In this document: positions 1-12,392 of the stretch, one piece after another
Position numbering within the stretch: the first letter of the stretch is position 1
How the letters are laid out: each line of letters begins with the position of its first letter
Assembly (NCBI GenBank): GCA_040437565.1
Contig: JBDOQK010000024.1
Span: forward strand, 124,001 to 188,000
From: Albugo candida
Lineage: Eukaryota
DNA: 64,000 nucleotides
Direction: 5' to 3'
The notes under the pieces: model-generated
What the model was told of the DNA's origin: nothing
Seen by the model: the letters and a program-made list of their open reading frames with translations, nothing else
Database searches by the model: none
Made by a program: the position numbers and the translations under genes

Positions 1-617
1 TCTGCTCTCCACTTATGAGTATAAACTCCTTGATATTTATTCACATAAGCTGGACCATTCATCATTGTTTTCGACCTGGAAGCATACAGCAGTTCACTTT
101 GGATCCATTTTCTCAGAGACCGTCCATCCATTATCCAGCGTGCTGTATATGAATGAGAGCCGACCATGACCGCCTCAGAATAACTTGACAGTGCCCACAT
201 GGCATTCATGTCTTTTGAAACTTGTTTTGATTGTTCATCTGAAAGATATGAGTTTTGCAGCAGACTCTTGGATGACTCGGCTTCATTTCCTCTTCGTGAG
301 CTACCATCATAACGGCTTGTCAAAACAAACTCTTTCAGCTTTCCAAACTCTTTCAGCTTTCCAAATGCTTCTCTTAGAGGTTTAAGCTTCTTTGTTGCGG
401 TAGCTGCCACTTTTTCCAGCATGCTAGAACAAGAGGCAATCGATACAGTATACTCTTCATCCAGAACAATCGAGTCAAGCAAGAGAAGGGTATTCGTGTC
501 GTCGACATTCGGGTGTATATAAACTTCCAATCCTATTACAGCGGCCACAAAGTGACGGCTTGCTGGTAGCATACCAAGCACAAGAACAGCGTACGTTTTT
601 AGTGCGAGGGCTTTCAT
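1..617 (-). CDS. Family P member P1: secreted pepsin-like-family protein, 5' part (runs off the window edge)
   Basis: Manual translation from ATG at 617 is open to position 1 (absent from the ORF track because no stop lies in the window): MKALALKTYAVLVLGMLPASRHFVAAVIGLEVYIHP...YTARWIMDGRSLRKWIQSELLY...GVYTHKWRA. It aligns with P6 (MRALSIKTYAILGLG...YTIGWKLSGLNLIEWLRSNLIY...GLYYLKWTA). Contains an 18-bp tandem duplication (FGKLKE twice). Confidence 0.8.
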   Translation of the reverse strand, partial: MKALALKTYAVLVLGMLPASRHFVAAVIGLEVYIHPNVDDTNTLLLLDSIVLDEEYTVSIASCSSMLEKVAATATKKLKPLREAFGKLKEFGKLKEFVLTSRYDGSSRRGNEAESSKSLLQNSYLSDEQSKQVSKDMNAMWALSSYSEAVMVGSHSYTARWIMDGRSLRKWIQSELLYASRSKTMMNGPAYVNKYQGVYTHKWRA

Positions 618-1949
618 ATTGTGTGCTTTTAGTGGGTTTTTTGATAATGATGGATTTTTAGGATGATAAAGGTCGTGCACCTTAGCCCGCAATACTATGA
701 TTTCTTTCCAATCCTAGCCGCTGGATGCATTCAATATTATACTATAAAACGTGCGGAGCATAATTATCTTAGATGCTACCAAAATGATGCGTGCAAATTA
801 TCAAATGCAGGCTTTCTGCATTCTTTATATGTACGGGAGCGCATCATTCATAGGCAAAAGGATGTGTCGGGCTTGCTCGAACTCGAAAGCTGATAGACAG
901 ATGCAACTTCGAATAGAGTGAAAAGTGTCTTTCTGCAATACTTATTACTTACGGCAGGTCGCCATTTAGGGGATGAGGAGAGCAGAAGGATGTGCGGCAG
1001 CATGATTTACTTTGAAACGTAGCAAGTTACAGCGTAAAATATACTAGAATGCGTGCTTTCTGCATTTTTTATACGTACGGAAGCGCAAATTTTGTACATA
1101 CAGAGGGTAGAAAGACGAGCGGGAGCAGGCTTTACCTCGAAGTATCAACTGCAACGCTCGATTTTGTAATGAAGCGCGCTTCCTGCATTCTTCGTAAGTA
1201 TGGCAGCGTACATAAGCTTAAGCTAAGAAACGGAATACATACTTTGTGCTTTCCCCTTGCCAGCTTACAACTTTTACAATTATTACGAAAAAAAAGCTAT
1301 ATTCTTTCAGCTACGTAGCTAGAGTCCATTCTTTTTGGAAGATTTTGGATATTGCCCGTTTGTAAGGACGATTTGACCCGTTTCGTAGTGCGTACTCCGT
1401 TATAGCCTGCTCAAATCGCTACAACTGTCCAGCGCATATTGACAATGCCGCTTTATTTGATTCAGGTAAGACTAGTGAGTGACGTTCACGCATGATTGAC
1501 CATCACTCCGCTTAATCGTTCTAGATTCATTCCCGTTTTTTTTAAAGATCCTTACCGGTAAACACTACTATAGTCAATTATACGCAGAGCTGGAAACGAC
1601 CAATCCCGTTTAAACTCCGACCCAATCGCCGACACTAACGACTGATGAGTTGTGTGAAATGCATGAACATTGTCACCTTATGATAGTCTAGTAAAATAGA
1701 TAGACTTATAGGCAGTCTAATACCGAGTCGAATGGATGTGGAACATTAGGCAGCATAGTCATCAAGCACTGACTTCAATCACGGCGCTCGGTGTAAATGT
1801 AGACGTTTGACGTCGAAGGCAGTGCGGTTCCCAATTTGAAAACATCTCATATCGACGCGGGACTAATCCATTCTAAAGCAAGATAAGGCTCATGGATCGC
1901 GAGAATAACAAAGTTCATGATTAGGTATCAGGCGCAGCATTTCTCTCCT

Positions 1950-3520
1950 GGTTGTATTGATTTGCCCACAGCAGCTACGATGGAGACTATCACTCTTATT
2001 AGCCGGGTCGGTCAATATTTACTAATTCACACTTGCGTTTGGACTCGTACACAAGTGATCTCATTATTTTCGAGTCTGGTTCCATTTTAAGATGCATCAG
2101 AGCTTTCCACGCGGCCTAACGATGGGTATAGTAAATTCTGGGAATGCACTCGAATGGGAGACGAGATATCGTGGCTAGCACGAAAATATACTTAACGCAG
2201 GATGCCGTTGCTCTTCAAGAAGTCGATGAGGTCAGAGTCTGGTAAGCTCAAAAGAAGAAGCTTTATGAGCTATCGTGTCCTTCCAGTCTTCAGTGATCAG
2301 TTGACAAGCGAATTCCATGCGGGCACATTAATTGATGTACCTGCTTTACGGACAAATCTGCCGTCATTTAGGCTCTGATCTCCTTCAGACAGTCAAAAAG
2401 TTGACCGCTTGATTTCATTTGAGCATGTTCGTTTGGGCTCTTCTTTGCGAGATTCAGGTACTCGATATGATCGGACAAAGACTGGACTGATTTGTTTGTT
2501 CTGACCATATTTTGGGCAAATACTTGAGACAATAATCGTGTAGCTTGAGGCTTCACACTCTTTAATATGAATATTAATGAGCTAAAGTTTCCACCGTTTC
2601 GTTCTCTCACACAAGTACCGGCATCGACTCGACTTAGTTCGGTGATTCATCACTGGCTTCTTATGGCTTCTTATGGCTTCTTGTAACGCCACAGCTGTAT
2701 CATCATGCAATTGATGGTTGATATTGTCACGCGGCTTTCCATCCGCCGAAGTTGCGACTGAGACAAAGTGACGAATAATAGTACCCACATCCCGGCTACG
2801 AAGTACATCTTGAGAATGTCAAAGCTCTTTCAGAGCATAAGTTCTGAAGCTATTTATCCAACTCAAACATCATGTCCGCTAAACGTGAGGAGCTATCGCC
2901 TTGCTGTACATCTCCGACCAGCTTTCATTCACAAAATCGCTTAACACATGCAAATTGAATGTTTTAAAAACATAGCGAGCGGGTAGAACGATTCGTAACC
3001 TCGAGGTCCTCTCACGTCGGAAACGCAAGAGAGTAAAAGAAGACATATTTGTGTCCGTATTCATCGTATTGTGTCCACTCAACTTGATCAAATTGACTGA
3101 GAAATTTGTTGAGAGAATCACAAAAGCAAAAATGTGCCGCCTGCCAGGCTTACATATTATTCATCCTCAGCGTAGGACGAAATGAAAGTGTCGTTTGAGG
3201 GAGCTTGACGAGTGGGTCCGCTTGCTCAACTTTATGTTTATTTCAACGTGATCCTGCTGCCTATCCAGCATGCTCTGATTGAGCACACCTATCACCTTTC
3301 ACGCAAGGACCTTCTGAGGAACGTCGCGTCATGATGGCGATTGTACCTCCTTTTCTAACCGTGCGCACTATTATGAGGGGCTTCTTTCAGTCTACCGCTC
3401 GAGCATTATACAGCAAAAACTCTATGGTTCTAGATGCATTACAAAACTTACCAATAATCTACGTCGGGTCTTAGCCTGGAAGTGCCCCAAATACTCTGAC
3501 TATTATCGAACGACTGAGTT
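1950..3520 (-). pseudogene. Decayed paralogue of family Y gene (36353..37841)
   Basis: ORF fragments match Y: ADMMFELDK/ADMMFDLDE, RHFVSVATS..RDNINHQLHDDTA/RHFVSVAPS..RDGTYHQFHNDTA, VKPQATRLLSQVFAQNMV/VKPRATRSLYQAFAGNMV. Broken by stops and frameshifts. Confidence 0.8.
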
Positions 3521-3929
3521 CCATGAAATGCGCATTGAGCCTTCATAGCCGGTAGTCAAGTCAGAAATTTGGCCGTTTTCCTTCAAGCTATGATATAGTA
3601 CACTGGATCACGTCCGATAATATCGACAATTACCCTTTACATAGACTCGATAAAGCTGCCACGGAAACTTCCCGGCAAAAAGTAGACTTTATTATCCAAC
3701 TGACGAACGGGTTCATGTCCTTACACAGAACGAGGTTTTCCTGGCAACTCATAAATCGTTCAGATTGCTGTCATAAAACGTGCATAGATTCGGATATAAC
3801 CATGTATGAACACCAACAGTACANNNNNNNNNNNNNNNNNNNNNNNNNNNNNNNNNNNNNNNNNNNNNNNNNNNNNNNNNNNNNNNNNNNNNNNNNNNNN
3901 NNNNNNNNNNNNNNNNNNNNNNNCAATGC

Positions 3930-5960
3930 CTAGTTTTGAAAAATAGCTTGAACTTTGTATGTGCGGATTGCTACTAATCAATAGTGTTTTGCACCCAAGT
4001 ATTTGCGGTGTTTTATCGCATTCTTGAAGCATGGGAGATCACGTGCATGTTTTTGGAGCAAGCCATTGAGCCGTTCGCGATCGCTCGTGAGGAACACGTA
4101 CGTGAGTTAATACCTTCATTAGACATACACGTAGCGACTGCGCGTGGATACACGCTTTACGATCTATATCAAGTAATGGAAAAGAATGGAGTGTAAGCTT
4201 CAGCCACGTACACATCTTTGCAACTGGAGCCAGCCAAGTCGCTCCGATCCCTTTCAAGCATTCCCAGCTGGGAGGCTTCCCATGAAGGAATCTATAAACG
4301 ATTTTAGTGGAAGAAGAATGTTGGAATGTCCCACAGGAACAAACTATCAATACTCATACTCAATCTTGGATTGATGTGATTGCCGACCCACAAAAACTCT
4401 TTTTTAAGTAACCGGAACGCCACTCATTGATTTATGGACGCGAGAATGTCGCACTGAAGATTCTTCAAGAGTATTGCAAGAACGAAGGCCAAGTTATCAC
4501 ATTCGAAAAGCCAAAGACGTTCCTAGCAGAAACTTGTCCTTCACATCGACAACCTCACTAAGTTCGTACTGGTACTTTGGATGCATAAGCATACGAACAT
4601 TCTTTCATCGCGTACGATACATACAAAATGAAGATGCAAAAGCGTTATAAGCTTTATGAGTTTGATAGGCCAACTCTTTGGTGCAAAATTTATCGTTGGA
4701 ATGGACATGCAATCCTCACTTTGACAAGAGAAAACCCATTTGTTTCTATATTGAATGGAACACCTTACCGAACCTATCGAAGAGGAAGCCCTATTCGAAG
4801 TTAAGAAGCTGGCAAAACGCCCAATGAAGCTTGGACGGAAGGTCCTATCGATCATTGTTGGATGGATGCCATTATAACCCAGTTGGAAGAGGAAGCATGA
4901 AGGCATCACCTAGCACGATACTCAGTCGCCTGTTTGAGGCGATCTCTACATATCGTGGGTTCGCGGTTTGGAAGTGTTTCAAAGGCGTTCAATCGATCAT
5001 AAGTGGCCCTTCAACCGCGGGAATTGGCTTTGGTTGAGTGTGACAGCCCTTTTCACCGCGTACATTCGAGCGTACAGTCCGTCGACATTTGGGAAGAAAT
5101 GAGATTCAGAAGGGAGATATCCTCGGAGGTAAATTCCAGCTCTATCAAAAGTGCTCGCAAAGAACGTTCATGAGCCATGGAGAGCTCAAGTAAGCGTCCA
5201 GTGACTTTGGGATTGTTTGGTGGGGAAAGATGATTTCTTCCCAAGTCGCGAATCATACGATAGCAATGCGACGATGTATGACTGGGATGAAAGACTCGTA
5301 TGAAAGATGGCCAGTAGTCGTATGAATTCACCGCCTCACCCCATCCGACAAATGTTGATGAGAGTACGATGAAGTAAGACACGAAAAGTAAAGGCGAATT
5401 TGGTCATATGGATCCTCTATCGTGTGATGTAGACCATTTTCAACGCCGAGCTTAAACTCGGGAAGGCCGATATACGTCTCCATTCAAAAATTACGAATTT
5501 TCTTGAAATTCGCCAATAGACAACAAGCTCATCACGTATCGCTTTCCACTGAGTACTCCCCGCCCATGATGCAATTTCCTTCTCGGATTTGAACAGCAGC
5601 AATGGACCGCGTGAAAGTTCAAGCTCGTAAACAAATCAAGGCCTTACCAGTATTCTTCATGCAGCTCGTTGTGCATCGAGGATACAACTCCATAGTTCAT
5701 GTGATAAATGTCGGCGCTGTTAAGTACAAAGTTTTCAGCTGAGATTCTTCCATCATCGCTATTCGAGATGTTTATATTTCGACACTGAGCGCAAAGTTAA
5801 TCTCGCATGTTAAGGCACTAAAATCCTCGCTCTCTACGGCCCCGACGGTATCACGGGAAATGACCAACCACTTGATCGGATTCCCGGTATATATGCACCA
5901 AGCCGTCTTCATCTTGGCATATCCTGCGAAATGACTTTGGAGGACAAACGAAATTTTCTC
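3930..5960 (+). pseudogene. Family X: unidentified decayed coding-like repeat; may extend to about 8450
   Basis: Collinear nucleotide similarity to the reverse complement of about 50520..52600, e.g. ccggaacgccactcatt...gagtattgcaagaa, caatcttggat.gatgtgattgcc, tatcctgc.aaa.gactttg.aggac. Many stops and frameshifts. Confidence 0.6.
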
Positions 5961-8859
5961 CGGCTCTTTTATCGGGATTTGCTTCCAATATTGTAGGCCC
6001 GACGAGCCTGGAAACGATTAGTGATGCTAATGCCAGGGTATTCTTAAGAGCTGCTGTCGATATAAAATCATCGCGTACACTCCGATCACATTTCTTCCCT
6101 TTCACCGTGCATCCAGGGACAATTGTTTTCTTTGGTTTGGAGCAGAAAATGTGTTCTTGTCCATCGACCTTTTCATATCAGATCAAATACGTGTCGTCCG
6201 TATTGGAAAGCGCCAGTATTGATACCAACTGGCGATGATGACGATGAGCACGATCGCAAACAAGAGGGGAAACTATCTCGTCGTTTGTTCCGATTTCGCA
6301 CGAGGGGTGCTTTTACTTTGACATGGGACGAAATACTTACCCGTCAAAAGCATCAAAGGCTTTGACTTGCAGTCATTTGTCTCTAATGAGACTTTTCTAC
6401 TCGCTGCAGCGACTCATTTTATCTTGAGATGCTGTAAATTTTATCGTTAGTCAAGGCCGAGGCTTCCTGACTTTTCCAGCCAATTTGAACGACCCTATGA
6501 TCAGTTGATGCATCGCAGGGCTGGGCTTTCAAGCACTCGACTCGAGTCGCTGGCTGAGGTCGATTGATACATGGGTTGATTGTAGCTAGAATCTCAACAA
6601 ATTCAGTGGACACAATAAGCAGTTGCTGAAAATGACCTAGAAAAAGTATCCAGGCGCTCAGGGTCGACCCGAGACGTACGATTGGAAACTCGATGCAATC
6701 GTACGTCCGACATAATGCTCTGACAGAGCGATTTTCCCGGCTCAGAGAATGTCAATTCTCAGCAAGCGGTATAAAGCTTGCGTCTTAGTCGGAATGTACG
6801 CTTGAGCATTGGGCTTACATCCATTATCAAACAGCAGTTCCGACGCATGAATAGCCATCAATATCGCTCAGAGGCTCAATTAGTGAATGCTTACGATCCA
6901 TTCCCGTCCCTACCAACGCCTTCTTAGAGAGTGGTACGTGGTGAGAGGATATTGGATACGCAATTATCGGGTTATCGAGTTGCGCATTGATCAACGACGA
7001 TTAAAGTTATCACGAAGTGGACGGAAAAACAAATCATCGTATTAGAAGCTGATGATATCGGCGATAGGCGGAATATGGTGCTCTCATGTTCGATCCGATT
7101 GCAGTATTCTTAACAACTAATCGGTTGATGAATGAATAAAGAGCTATCTGTGATGTAGCAAACGCACGGATAGAAGCTATCCAGTGCAGCTGATGGGTGC
7201 AGAAAGAAGCTCAACAAATTTTCTGTACAGTCATCTTGGGAAAATGATTTTAAGAAGTCAGCACAATTCGTGCAAGCTACGATATGATCGCATTGTGGAC
7301 TCGGACAAGTAATGTGGAACGGATCATCCGGAGCGAACTGCTATCGTCGTTAATCAATCCTATTGCGATGTTGATTCAGCTTTGGCTGCATCTTTGGACC
7401 GCATCAGTGCAAATCGTGAAGGGAATATGTGAGGAGTTGCCGGATAAGGTCAAAACTCTCACGTCATTGAAACGATTTGAGCGACAACAAATGACATCAC
7501 GCAATTCGCTACTCGACTAATTCTTTTCCAAACAAACGAAGTCATGGTCGTCCCACACCTGTTCCGATCTATTTCTTGCAACAATTATGCCTAGTTTGAA
7601 TACATGATGGTAAAATGCCTACAAAGTCTGCAGGCGCTTCGATGATTGAGCATGTGGCGATATCGATGACCTGGAAGACGTGTTGACCGATCAGAAGTAT
7701 GCACGTCCAATAGCATCCATTGTGAGGTTAAATTTCTGCTTAGGTGTCAGCCTCTATGTTCTGGCAAACAACTTCTCCAATAAATAATGTGCAAATGAGA
7801 TTCAGCAAAAATTTCCGTATGGAAATGGCTGCTCGTATCGGTTTATTGCAACCTTACTGTTCCAAGTATGCTCTATTTTCCAGGAATAGTGACAGGAAGA
7901 ACTTTGAAGTCGACATCATTCCGCTACTCCCGGTTGTAATGGCGACGAGCGGTCTGGTACACCACGTTGTGATCAAATATGTAGCAACGCGTTCGGAAAT
8001 TTTTTTTGATTCAATGGGCTGCATCGAAGCAATGCCGATGAGGTATCTGCGATGATTTTCGTGCCGTCCATGCGAATACGACAGAGCACGTGGCGCTTTT
8101 CCATTCGGCCAATGTATTCCGACACATTTCGTCCATGTTGAGAGTTTTACAGTGCATGTCCAGTTATGTCCGAATCCAGTCATGTCGAAGTCATAGTATA
8201 GTATAAACAAGGTCTCTTGTCTATCATAGCATTATCAAAGCCTCTTTCATGTTGGCCGGATGAGCTCGTTTCTCAACCAGCGGATCGCCGATTCGACCGT
8301 GTGCTGACAACTGCTACGCGGAAACCTTCAACATCCTCCTGCTGCGTCTTATCAACCACTCTATTTGCATATGGAACAGTCAATATTACCAAAAATCGCG
8401 TATTATATCTGGTGACTCGAACTATGTCTGCTATTATTTTCTTTACCTTGTGAAAGTCAGAGTGAATGGTGTAGAGACTCGATTCGAATTATTGGATGTT
8501 GAGCACGACAATTTCAATTCCACTATTATGCTCAGCTCTCCGTGTGTCCAGTCTATCAGCAGGCGCATTGCCAGTCACATCGAACGTTTGTGAAAAGCAC
8601 AAAGCTTCATCATACACAACACGTTGATGATTATCACGACGATCTTAGCTTTATTCAAACGTTTCGTTCTGACCATTTTATCGGGAAGAAAAGGCAATTT
8701 CGTACAGTAATCGCAGGTATCTGTTATGCGGGGTTCATATGTTTGGTCCGATGATTGACAATTGATTGTGGTAGAGAATATCTGATGCCAACCAGACTAC
8801 TTTAGCGGAACTTCTCTCAATGTATGTATATCGATAGTGGAAAGAGAATAGGGATTCCG

Positions 8860-9930
8860 TCAAGTTGTGCAAAACCTCACATGTTGGGCGTATGTCACGA
8901 GTAAATTTGTGCACAATAACTTGAAAATCAGTCTTGCAAAGAATAGTGTGTATTGATCTTGTCCGTTACCTGAGGGCTTCATTTCTTCCTTACGCTTCTT
9001 AACACACATATGTTTCCGCACTGGGTAGTGATGATGTAGAAGTTGTTCCTTCGGTTTTTTCACGTTTGTCCAGTCTAAAGACAGTATTTCGCCCGTATTG
9101 TCGATATACATAGAGTAAGCTTTCAGGATTCTGAAACCTAGTACCCGTGTTTCATCATCATCTAATTTCTTGATAAGAACGGTACATATTTCAGCTGATT
9201 TTCGATAGATGAAATGCTGGGCCTTGAGTCCGATTAATTTGTCATTTGAATAAGTTATTCTCATATCCATCCAAGGCAATGTTCGAGGCAGTCTATGTCC
9301 GATGGAAAAACAGCGCCGCAATGTCCTTCGAATCCATTTTCTGTTTCCACGTGCTTCTTTTGCGAGAGCTCTTCTTTCATCATGTTATCGTATGATTCAG
9401 AAATTTCGATAGCTTCTAAATCGAGATCTATTCGCATTTTGTAGTCTTTACTTTCCTTGCTGAGGCAAACAATTTCCGCTGCATGGCACTCCTGAAGTGA
9501 AAATGCTCCTAGATCTTGTGCGCCTTCAATGCTTCCAAAAGCATGTGATTACACGTAAGAGTACATACCGTCCTCGATTTCATGTTTCATAAGCTTGCGT
9601 ACTCACGTACAACGTCTCCTTACGAGTATACAACAATTTACTATCAATCCACATTTTCAAATTCGTTCCCGACACTTCCCCGCAGGTCGTATCTTCTTGG
9701 CTTTGTATGTGACATCCACTCCTTTGCCACATCAATATCGCGAATACATCCCGTTCTATGTACAAAATGCTGTCTTTAACCAAATCAGGAAGGGACTTTT
9801 ATCCGACCAGCTCAATTTGGAATCTTTGTAACGCACAAGTCTCCTTAACGACCGCAAAACTGATGGTGCGCTAAAAATGATCCGAGCCCAAGAATAGCGT
9901 ACGCTTCTGAAATAGAAGCTCCGATACGTT
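8860..9930 (-). pseudogene. Family P pseudogene P2
   Basis: Fragments in different frames: YAILGLGS, SGTNLKMWIDSKLLYT, RIDLDLEAIEI, MDMRITYSNDKLIGLKAQHFI...CTVLI...RVLGFRILKAYSMYIDNTGE. Start codon lost and multiple frameshifts. Confidence 0.8.
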
Positions 9931-10665
9931 TCCCGCAGCTCAAATGTGCATAACCCTAAAGCATGCTCATTTTGCAATTGTACGATTAAGGTCAGCTGCA
10001 GCCAGCAAAATAACATACGTTTTGTCAACTTTCATAATATGGAATTCGTACTTGTAAATATGGAAGCGTACCTATCGAGTTGAAGTGAGACAAAACACTG
10101 CCGACATTATTTTTGTTTACGCAATGCGTACTTCATCCCGTTTGTAAGCATGCACGCGTTTGTAAGTTCGACCTGATATTGTAGCAGAATAGGAGAGTAT
10201 TACTGCATTCAGTGTGGACTATGTTCACTCTTGCTGATTTTAATTGACTCTTTTCATTTATGTGTTCAACAGCAGCAACGTACCATGATATCAGATGCGC
10301 TATCGCGCATACCTGGAGGTACTTGCGTGTAAAACGAAAGGCAAGTTTTACATAATGAATTGAAGCAATCACGTAGGTACGGTAGTGCACATTGTTCTTC
10401 GAACTTAGCAACGCTACGCTTCTATTATTCTGCATAAACCTACGTCCTCTTTGAACTTTGTGGCAACGCATACTCTAATACCCCTTTTCGTCTCGCGTTT
10501 ACCCGGTCGTGCGCCTCCATGTTTCTAAAGTACGAAATTTAAATCCGCAAAGTTGGCTACTTGACAGGAAACTCGTTCTTTTTGGCTGGCTGCAGTTGAC
10601 CTCAATGGCCCCAATGAGTGGTGGGAATGTGTTCATTTCTCAAAATTCGACTTGCAAAACGAAGG

Positions 10666-11719
10666 ATGAGAGCTTCTTCTATGAAAACGTACGCTCTTCT
10701 TGGGCTTGGATCGTTTCTCATGCATCATCAACCTGTGACTTCTTTAACGGGCTTGCGCTTACGTATCACTCAGGAATTGAACTTGAAATTCAATAATGCC
10801 GAGTATTTTGTTAAATCGATTAGAAAAAAAAAATCGTACCCTATTGAAATTGAAACTGGGCGTAATCCAGACGCGTCGTCTCAACCTTGAAGAAGTTCCT
10901 CAAGGCTAGCTAGAAAGCATACTTTGGATGATACAGTTGATCCCGCGATTGATGCTAACCAGTGGGAAGAGGCAAAGGAATTGATGGGAACGACCGATGG
11001 TAAAACATACAAAATCAGCTGGCAATTGCCGGGAAGCAATCTGGAGCAATGGTTTAATGAGAACAAGCTATACCTTCAGAATGGGGTTTTACACTTGACT
11101 TTAAATTTTTTTCTTACAAAATTTCGAGGAAAACATTATCTCAAATGGGTGGAGTCTAACGGTTATGAGATTTATGACGCAAAGCCTTATATTGCACGAG
11201 CTAAGGAGGTATCTACCGTGTATAATGGTGAAGTGGAATTGCATCGATTAGGGGCTCATACAAACCAGTTAATTCAATTCGATATTGATTTGGAAGTCAT
11301 CAGAGTGCCCTCTGATGTGTATGGATATCTCGAAAAAACGCTTTACTGGAATTCGTTTTACTGTAAATGAAAGCATAGATTCAGAAGACTACAAGCGATT
11401 CCAAGGATCGTGCACGTCTCTCGTCAAGAAACCAGAGCTGGCGGATTTTGTAATAAAAATCTCAAATGATGTTCATTTCATCCTCAAGACCCACCATTTG
11501 ATCAAATATGGAAAAAATGATAGATGTACGGTTCTCATTGAATGCCCTGGGTATGTAACGCCTAGGCATGAAGAATCTGAAGAATCTGATGTTATGGATG
11601 ACCATACTCAGGTTGAAAATCAGAATGAACCATGGGTACTGGGTTCTCCATATTTTAAAGCTTTTCCATTTATCATTGATAATACGGGTGCTGAAGTCAC
11701 TTATCATTTCGTCGGGTGA
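10666..11719 (+). pseudogene. Family P member P3, disrupted by one in-frame stop and one frameshift
   Basis: MRASSMKTYALLGLGS start; TGA at 10888-10890 in frame with ORF 10924..11370 (ISWQLPGSNLEQW..., FDIDLEVIRVP); frameshift near the A-run at about 11333-11338 into ORF 11285..11719 (C...CTVLI...WVLGSPYFKAFPFIIDNTGAE). Confidence 0.8.
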
Positions 11720-11779
11720 TAATGTCATTCATCATTTCCAGTTAAATTTTAAGAAGAGAAATTCTCCCCTTCCATTACA

Positions 11780-12000
11780 CTTGACTTGACCGAGAATGGC
11801 GTTAGCTGACACAAATCGCGTGATCGAGGGGAATGAGCTGTCTGGCGGGCACGCAACACGCAGCCCAGATTGCGATGAGAATGTCATAAGACGGAGAGAA
11901 GCACGATTTTGCGTTTCCGTCAAGTTTGCAATATTCGACGTGAGGATGGCAAGGGATTTTCGTTCCACGATTTGTGGCATGTCGTCTGATCAAAGTCATG
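11780..12000 (-). repeat. Fragment of family X repeat
   Basis: Similar to 46375..46590 and its copy 49820..50035 (agattgcgat.a.a..gtc....agacggagagaagca, tgaggatggcaa). Confidence 0.6.
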
Positions 12001-12392
12001 ATACCCAGCTATGAGATAAGCTTGGCTGCTAAGTGACGATGAACGCTTCCATACAACTCACGACTATTAAATAGGACCAGACACAGGCATTCAACCGCCA
12101 GTAGCCTGTGGATACGAAAAGATTCCGCCATTAGAAAGCGTTATGCTCGCTCTAATGATCCCGACATGCTTTGTGCTTTTCTGCAACACCCAACGCGAGC
12201 CAAGTATCTGTAGTTGTAGTCTCTTTGGTATGTGTATTCATGCGGCTCACATACGCGAATACAAACCTTCCTCGATCGGTGCTTATCAGTCAAAGTGTAG
12301 GCATGTAGAAAAGTCAGTTAGTCGAATGTGACCGTACTCTCTCAGTTGAGCTGTCAACGATTTTAAAATGGTGCGAAATAATCAAAAATAGC

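Noticed and set aside
6700-6870. Ankyrin-like ELLFDNGCKPNAQ on the minus strand
   Set aside because: Single short match in a stop-interrupted frame with no neighbouring repeats.
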